Positions 58,294-64,000 of a stretch of DNA of 64,000 nt are shown piece after piece (the first letter of the stretch is position 1; each line of letters starts with the position of its first letter). Position numbers and translations under genes: made by a program. The stretch is from the NCBI GenBank assembly GCA_965203055.1, contig OZ241863.1, positions 352,001 to 416,000 of the forward strand, in the 5' to 3' direction. The notes below the pieces were generated by a model. It saw nothing but the letters and a program-made list of their open reading frames with translations. It was not told the DNA's origin and searched no databases. The DNA comes from Spirochaetia bacterium (GTDB lineage: Bacteria > Spirochaetota > Spirochaetia > SZUA-6 > Bin103).

Positions 58294-61055
58294 CCGGTGT
58301 TGCGCAGCCCGGCGGCAAGGCCGTTTACGGTCAGCAGGATGGCCCGTTCCACGCGCGGGTCGACCTGCGCCGCGCTGCGACGCTGCTCCAGCAGGGCGAT
58401 CTGCAGCAGGTGGAGCGGCTCCAGATACGCGGACCGCACCGCCAGCGTACGCTTCAGCACCGGGTAGTCAGCCAACAACGCGGGCTTGCCGGTCGCGGCC
58501 AGCACCTGCCGCACCGAGCGCTCGTGTTCCGCGGCGATCGACTCGAAGATCGGGCGGTGGGCCGGCTCAACCAGGGCGTCCACGTAGCGCCTGGCGGTGA
58601 CCAGATCGGTCTTCGCCAGGGTCATCTCGACGTTGGAGAGGAACATCCGAAAGAACGGCCAGCGCTCGTACATCTCGGTCAGGCTGGCCCCCGCCGCCTG
58701 CGCGGCCGCCAACCCGCTGCCCACGCCGTACCAGCCGGGCACCACCTGCCGGGTTTGGGTCCAGCCGAATACCCACGGAATGGCGCGCATGCCGTCGATG
58801 CCGGCGCCGGTGCCGGGCCGCCGCGCCGGTCGTGAGCCGATCTTGAGCGCCGCCAGCTCCTCCACCGGGGTGGAGGCCAGGAAGTAGGGCACCAGCGACG
58901 GGTGCTCCACCAGCCGCCGATAGGCGCCGTAGGCGGCCTCCGAGGCGATCTCCATGGCCGAGTTCCAGCGCTTCAGATCCGCCGCCGGGCGCGGCGCGCT
59001 GCGGTGCAGCACCGTCGCCTCGATCGCCGCCGCCAGCGTCAGCTCCAGGTTGTCCCGGGCCAGCCGCGGCAGCCCGTACTTGCCGGCTATCACCTCCCCC
59101 TGCTCGGTAATCTTGATGGTTCCGTTCACCGTACCCCACGGCTGCGCCAGAATCGCCTCCGCGGTCGGGCCGCCGCCGCGCCCGACGGTCCCGCCGCGGC
59201 CGTGAAAGAAGCGCAGTTGCACGCCGCGGCGCGCCGCCGCCTCGCGCAGGCGGCGCGCCGCGCGGTGCAGCTCCCACTGCGCGGTGGTGATGCCGCCCAG
59301 CTTGTTGGAGTCGGAGTAACCCAGCATCACCTCCTGCGGGCCGCCGCGCAGGCGCAGCAGCTCGCGGTAGCCGGGTTCCCGCAGCAGTTGGTCGAGGGTG
59401 GCGTCCGCCCGGCGGATCGAATCCGGGGTCTCGAACAGCGGCACGAAGCCGATCGCCGCGCGTCCGGCGGCCAGGTCCACCAAGCCGACTTCGCGCGCCA
59501 GCACCACTGCCGCCAGCACGTCGTCGGCGCCGGCGGTCTCCGAGATGACGTAGCTCTCGATGGCGCGGGAACCGAACCGCTCCAGGGCCGCCCGGATCAC
59601 CTGCATCGTTTCCAGCGGGGCGCCGGCCTCGTCCGGCAGCCGGGTGGCAGGGGTGGTGATCGGGCGCCGGCCGGCGAGCTCCGCGGCCAGCAACCGGTAC
59701 CGTTCCGGAGATGCGAGGCGCGCGTAGTCGGGTGCGCCGGGAAGGCCGCGGTACAGCGCGGCCAGCGCGGCGTGGTGCTTCTCGGCATGTTCGCGCACGT
59801 CCAGCGTTGCCAGGTGAAAGCCGAAGGCCGCGGCGCGGCGCAGCAGGCGGCGCACCGCCCCGGCGGCGATCACGGCGCCGTGGTGGGCGCGCAGCGAGCG
59901 CTGCAGCAGCTCCAGCTCGGCCACCAGTTCGGCGGCGGTCAGGTAGTCGCGGCGCGGTACGTGGCGCGCGTGCTCGGCGATGCGCCGGCGGGTGTTCTCC
60001 AGGCGCCGGCGGATGAACGCCAGCTTGAGCCGGTAGCTCTCGTCCGCGTTGCGGCGGCGCGCTTCCTGATCGACGGCCGGCAGCGCGGCGGCGTCGCGCC
60101 GCAGACTGGCGGCCAGCTCCGCCGACACGCCGTGGATGTGCTCCGAGCTGCTGAGCTCCGCGGACAACTGGTCGACCCCGCCCACCAACTCATGCAGCGC
60201 GCGGTCGTGCTGCAGTTCCAGCACGGCGGTGGTCACCGCCGCGGTCACCAGGGGGTTGCCGTCGCGGTCGCCGCCGGCCCAGCTCCCGAAGCTCAGGGGG
60301 CGGGCGTGGGCCGGCAGCTCGATGCCGGCGCGCGCGAGCTGTGCATCCAGCTCGTCGAACAGGTCGCCGCTCACGCCGCGCAGCAGCTCCTCCAGGTAGT
60401 AGATCGCGGCCCGCGCCTCGTCGGTGGGATGGGGCCGCTGCACGCGCAGCTCGTCGGTCTGCCAGATCAGGTCGATCGCTTCGGCGAGCCGCCGGCGGAT
60501 GCGTTCCCGGTCTACGGCGGCCAGCCGGGGATCGGCGCGTTCGTAGAGCAATTCGCCGATCCGCCGCAGCTTGGTGAGCACCGAACGGCGCGCCGCCTCG
60601 GTGGGGTGCGCGGTGAACACCGGGCGGACGTCGAGGCGGTCGGCCACTTCGCGCAGCGCGGCGCGTTGCGCCGCGTCGCCTGCGATGTGATCGAACAGCG
60701 CGCGCAGCCGGCCGCGGGCGATGCCGCTGCGCGGTCCATACTCGGCTACCCGATGGGCCTGCTCGGCGACGTTCGCCAGATGGAAGAAGGTGGAAAAGGC
60801 GCGTACTAGGTTGGTGGTGGCGGTGATGTCGAGTCGGGCCAGCAGGGCGTCCAGCTCGGCGCGGGAACGGTTGTCGGGGCGCGGGTCGCGGGCGCGCTTG
60901 CTCAGCGCGCGCACCCGTTCCACCAAGTCCAGAAGCTCGGCGCCGTGTTGCCGCACCAGGGTCTGCCCCAGCAGTTCGCCGAGCAGCCGGATGTCGGCGC
61001 GCAGCGCCGCGTCCGCGGCGGCGTTGCGCCGGCGGTCGTCATCGATCCCCCTCAT
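58290..61055 (-). CDS. ppc: Phosphoenolpyruvate carboxylase
   Basis: VFTAHPTE, GGDRDGNP, VMLGYSDSNK, FHGRGGTVGRGG, RAIPWVF and GLRNTG motifs. Confidence 0.97.
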   Translation of the reverse strand: MRGIDDDRRRNAAADAALRADIRLLGELLGQTLVRQHGAELLDLVERVRALSKRARDPRPDNRSRAELDALLARLDITATTNLVRAFSTFFHLANVAEQAHRVAEYGPRSGIARGRLRALFDHIAGDAAQRAALREVADRLDVRPVFTAHPTEAARRSVLTKLRRIGELLYERADPRLAAVDRERIRRRLAEAIDLIWQTDELRVQRPHPTDEARAAIYYLEELLRGVSGDLFDELDAQLARAGIELPAHARPLSFGSWAGGDRDGNPLVTAAVTTAVLELQHDRALHELVGGVDQLSAELSSSEHIHGVSAELAASLRRDAAALPAVDQEARRRNADESYRLKLAFIRRRLENTRRRIAEHARHVPRRDYLTAAELVAELELLQRSLRAHHGAVIAAGAVRRLLRRAAAFGFHLATLDVREHAEKHHAALAALYRGLPGAPDYARLASPERYRLLAAELAGRRPITTPATRLPDEAGAPLETMQVIRAALERFGSRAIESYVISETAGADDVLAAVVLAREVGLVDLAAGRAAIGFVPLFETPDSIRRADATLDQLLREPGYRELLRLRGGPQEVMLGYSDSNKLGGITTAQWELHRAARRLREAAARRGVQLRFFHGRGGTVGRGGGPTAEAILAQPWGTVNGTIKITEQGEVIAGKYGLPRLARDNLELTLAAAIEATVLHRSAPRPAADLKRWNSAMEIASEAAYGAYRRLVEHPSLVPYFLASTPVEELAALKIGSRPARRPGTGAGIDGMRAIPWVFGWTQTRQVVPGWYGVGSGLAAAQAAGASLTEMYERWPFFRMFLSNVEMTLAKTDLVTARRYVDALVEPAHRPIFESIAAEHERSVRQVLAATGKPALLADYPVLKRTLAVRSAYLEPLHLLQIALLEQRRSAAQVDPRVERAILLTVNGLAAGLRNTG

Positions 61056-61091
61056 GGCGGAAACTATAGCGGCCGGATACGCTGCGGTCTC

Positions 61092-61520
61092 ATGGCGGAC
61101 GCCGCTCCTCCCGACTTCGTCTATTCGCTCAGCGTGCGCTTGCACCACACCGACGCCGCCGGCGTGATCTTCTGTTCACGGCTGCTGGAACTGGCGCACG
61201 AGGCGTATGAGGCGTGGCTGGAGCAGGTAGGGCTGCGCCTCGACCGGCTCTTGGAGCAGGGCCGGCTGCGGCTGCCGGTGGTGGCGCTGGAAGCTGAGTT
61301 CGCGCAGCCGATCCGGGTGGGCGACCGGCTGCAGGTGGAGCTTGTCGTGACGCGGCGCGGCGAGCACTCCTATCAGGTGGCGTACCGATTTCGCGATCCG
61401 GCGGGGAGGGTGAAGGCGCGCGCCGTTACCTGCCACGTGGCGCTCGACGGCGTCGGCGGAAAACCTGCCGCGCTGCCGGCCGCGCTGCGCCGGGTCGTGG
61501 ACGGCGCCGGCAGCGCATGA
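61092..61520 (+). CDS. Hotdog-fold acyl-CoA thioesterase, likely DHNA-CoA hydrolase
   Basis: VRLHHTDAAGVIF and HEAYE motifs. Adjacent to menE and menA. Confidence 0.75.
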   Translation: MADAAPPDFVYSLSVRLHHTDAAGVIFCSRLLELAHEAYEAWLEQVGLRLDRLLEQGRLRLPVVALEAEFAQPIRVGDRLQVELVVTRRGEHSYQVAYRFRDPAGRVKARAVTCHVALDGVGGKPAALPAALRRVVDGAGSA

Positions 61521-61529
61521 GATTCGGAC

Positions 61530-63023
61530 TCAACCGCGGCCGGTAATCAGCCGTACCGCGCGGGCGGTGAGCGCGCGGCGCGAGTGCTTGATGGCGCCGC
61601 CGGCCGCCTCCGGCTCCCCCGCCGGCAGGGCGAAGTAGCGCGCGGGATGTTTGAAGCGCGCCAACCGGGCGTCGAGGTGGCGCGCCAGATCGGCCGGCGG
61701 CAGCGGTCCGCAGCGCACGCTGAGAAACGCGGCCGGGCGGCTGCCGAACTCGGCGTCCGGCACGGCGACGCACACCGCCGCCAGCACCGCCGGGTGTTCG
61801 AGCAGCGCCTGCTCCACTTCCTGCGGCTGAATGTTCTCGCCGCCGGAGATGAAGCGCGCGTCGCGGCGCCCGGTCACGAACAGGCGCCGGTCGTCGAGCC
61901 GGCCGAGGTCGCCGCTGCGGTACCAGCCGCCGGCGCCGGCCGCCGGTGTCAGGCGGCCCTGCTCCAGGTAGCCCAGGCACAGGGTGCGGCCGCCGAGAAG
62001 GATTTCGCCGTCGTCGGCGATTGCGGCCCGCCGGTGCGGCAGTACCCGGCCGGCCCCCGCAAAGGTCTCGTCAGGGTCGCCGGGGCGGGTGGTGGCGACC
62101 TGGGAGGCCAGTTCGGTGCAGCCGTAGGAGGCGCACACCGGCAGCCCCCCGGCGCGCGCCTGCCGCAGCAACGGCGCGGACAGCGCGCTGCCGCCGATCA
62201 GCGCGGCGCGCAGGCGGCGGGTCAGATCGGGCCAGGCGGGTATCTGCAGCAGGCGCCGGAGCTGGGTTTCCACCAGTGAGACGTGGGTAGCGGCCGGGAG
62301 CAGGCGCGCGCCCGGGTCGTCTGCGCTCGAAAAGGCGCCGCTCTCGGCGAACAGCGCGCAGGCGCCGGCGCTGAGCGTGCGGAACAGGATGCTGAGTCCG
62401 GCCACGTGGTGCCGCGGCAGCGCTACCAGCCAGGCGTCGGCGCGGCGCAGCGGTATGTTGGCGGCCGAACCGGCGGCGCTGTAGAGGTGGTTGGCGGCGC
62501 TGTGCACCACCGCCTTGGCGGCGGCGGACGAACCGGAGGTGAACACCACGGTGGCCGGGCGGCGGATGGCGATACGCGCCGGGCCGGCCGGCGGCGGCTC
62601 CGATTCCGGCGGCCGCTGCCGCCACTCGAACGCTCCCGTGCGCGCGAGCAGACGGTCCCGTTCCCGCGGCGCGGCGCGCGCCGGCAGCAGCACCGCCGCG
62701 GCGCCGGCGGCGAGGATGGCGAGCAGGGTGACCGCCCACGCCGGCGGGTCCAGCTCGGCGGCCAACGCGACGCGCCTGCCCGGCGTCACCCCGGCGGCGC
62801 GCAACGCGGCCGCGCTGCGCGCCGCGCCGCCGGCCAACGTCCGATAGCTCAGCGGGCGGCCGCGCCACTGCAGCGCAGGGGCTGAACCGTAGCGCTCGCC
62901 CAGGGCGGCAAGGTCGAGCACGCCGTCCGGCGCCAGCGCGCGCACGCTATCGCCGGCCGCGCCGGCCGCCTCCGGTGCGGCCGCCTCCTCCGCCGCCGGG
63001 CGGCGCGCCGCGGCGGCGTTCAC
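61530..63023 (-). CDS. menE: o-succinylbenzoate-CoA ligase
   Basis: FTSGSS..AKAVVH, SYGCTE.ASQV and GRRD..FISGGENIQP motifs. GTGA-coupled to menA. Confidence 0.88.
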   Translation of the reverse strand: MNAAAARRPAAEEAAAPEAAGAAGDSVRALAPDGVLDLAALGERYGSAPALQWRGRPLSYRTLAGGAARSAAALRAAGVTPGRRVALAAELDPPAWAVTLLAILAAGAAAVLLPARAAPRERDRLLARTGAFEWRQRPPESEPPPAGPARIAIRRPATVVFTSGSSAAAKAVVHSAANHLYSAAGSAANIPLRRADAWLVALPRHHVAGLSILFRTLSAGACALFAESGAFSSADDPGARLLPAATHVSLVETQLRRLLQIPAWPDLTRRLRAALIGGSALSAPLLRQARAGGLPVCASYGCTELASQVATTRPGDPDETFAGAGRVLPHRRAAIADDGEILLGGRTLCLGYLEQGRLTPAAGAGGWYRSGDLGRLDDRRLFVTGRRDARFISGGENIQPQEVEQALLEHPAVLAAVCVAVPDAEFGSRPAAFLSVRCGPLPPADLARHLDARLARFKHPARYFALPAGEPEAAGGAIKHSRRALTARAVRLITGRG

Positions 63024-63952
63024 GGAGCGGAACGCGCGCCCGCCAGCAGAGCGGCGGCGGCCGCGCCGGCCAGCAGCAGGAGCGCCTGCAGCAGGAGTAC
63101 CTGGGCGGTCCGCGCCAGCAACTCGTTGAGCGCCGGGCCGGCCGGCGTGGCCCGCAACCGGGCGTTGAGGCGCAGGGCGGGAACGAACGCCAGGAACGGC
63201 AGCGCCGCCGGCCAGCGCGGGCCGCCGGAGTCCGCCGCCAGCAGCAGCGCCGGCGGCAGCAGCACCCCGGCCAGCAGCGCGGCGAGATACTCGGCGCGCG
63301 CGAAGCCGTCGCCGAAGCGGACCGCCAGGGTGCGCTTGCCGGCCAGCGCGTCGGTGGCGCGGTCGCGCAGGTTGTTCACCACCAGGATCGCGGTGGCCAG
63401 CAGTCCCGGCCCCAACCCCGTTGCCAGCACCAGCGGAGGCAGCGTCAACGCCTGCAGATAGTAGGTGGCGCCCACCGCCACCGGTCCGAAGAACACCAGC
63501 ACCAGCAGCTCGCCGAAGCCGAGGTAGCCCAGTGGCCGCGGCCCGCCGGTATAGCTGACGGCAGCCGTCACGCAGGCCGCCAGCACCACCGCCAGCGGCC
63601 ACCCGCCGCGCGCCACGCCCAGCACCCCCAGCGCGCCGGCGCCGGCGAACGTCGCGGCCGCGCCGGCGAGCACCCGGCGGGGCGGAATCAGGCCCGCCTG
63701 CGTAACGCGCGTCGGGCCGACTCGATCGGCGCCGTCGGCGCCGCGGCGGGCGTCCGCCCAGTCGTTGTGCAGGTTGCATCCCACCTGCATCAGCAGCGCG
63801 CCGCCCAACGCCGCCGCCGCCCACAGCGGCGCGAAGGCGCCGTGCCACAGCGCCAGCGCGCTGCCGGCCAGGACCGGCCCGACCGCCGCCCACAGGGTGC
63901 GCGGCCGAATCGCCAGCCACCAGCGGCCCAGCGCCCCGGGTGCGTCGCTCAT
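63020..63952 (-). CDS. menA: 1,4-dihydroxy-2-naphthoate prenyltransferase
   Basis: AIRPRTL, NLHNDWAD...GAD..RVGP, YTGGP and NNLRD..TD...GKRTLAV motifs. Confidence 0.93.
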   Translation of the reverse strand: MSDAPGALGRWWLAIRPRTLWAAVGPVLAGSALALWHGAFAPLWAAAALGGALLMQVGCNLHNDWADARRGADGADRVGPTRVTQAGLIPPRRVLAGAAATFAGAGALGVLGVARGGWPLAVVLAACVTAAVSYTGGPRPLGYLGFGELLVLVFFGPVAVGATYYLQALTLPPLVLATGLGPGLLATAILVVNNLRDRATDALAGKRTLAVRFGDGFARAEYLAALLAGVLLPPALLLAADSGGPRWPAALPFLAFVPALRLNARLRATPAGPALNELLARTAQVLLLQALLLLAGAAAAALLAGARSAP

Positions 63953-64000
63953 GGTTCGCGTGGTTGGCGCGGTGCCTGCCGGCGGGCTCGATCAGTCATC

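Noticed and set aside
1..64000. CRISPR array, rRNA, tRNA, prophage or integrase genes
   Set aside because: No regularly spaced repeats or diagnostic motifs were found by eye.

Overview
High-GC bacterial chromosome segment. The '...FAxGxxE' type N-termini of the solute-binding proteins, together with He_PIG and PhyH genes, tentatively suggest a host- or sponge-associated Spirochaetota-like organism; this is inference only. A housekeeping and metabolic backbone (hemB, eda, hisD, FMN riboswitch-ribD-ribE/ribB fusion-ribH, ppk2, MoxR/DUF58/transglutaminase operon, bshB1, ppc, menA/menE/thioesterase, two ABC uptake clusters) is interleaved with two accessory or defence patches. Patch 1 (about 1-7.4 kb) holds an AAA ATPase plus TOPRIM-like partner, an orphan hsdS, an AlbA_2 protein and AIPR. 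Patch 2 (about 43-58.3 kb) holds a GH127 remnant, a lipoprotein gene split by two IS elements with intact TSDs, a PLD-SNF2 helicase plus Eco57I-like methyltransferase, an SDH/Clp-fold protease with a small coupled ORF, a coiled-coil nuclease-like gene and AbiE. Main observations: (1) an NCS2 permease with degenerate substrate motifs fused to a pseudo-RsbW domain; (2) an inverted, 84% identical copy of an aminotransferase 3' end 26 kb away, sitting between two halves of a palindrome; (3) an ISKra4-like element whose RBS-sequestering hairpin matches its own target site; (4) widespread leaderless-type promoters; (5) four single-base frameshifts, all in accessory genes. No tRNA, rRNA or CRISPR array was seen. 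All family assignments come from motif recognition by eye, not database searches.
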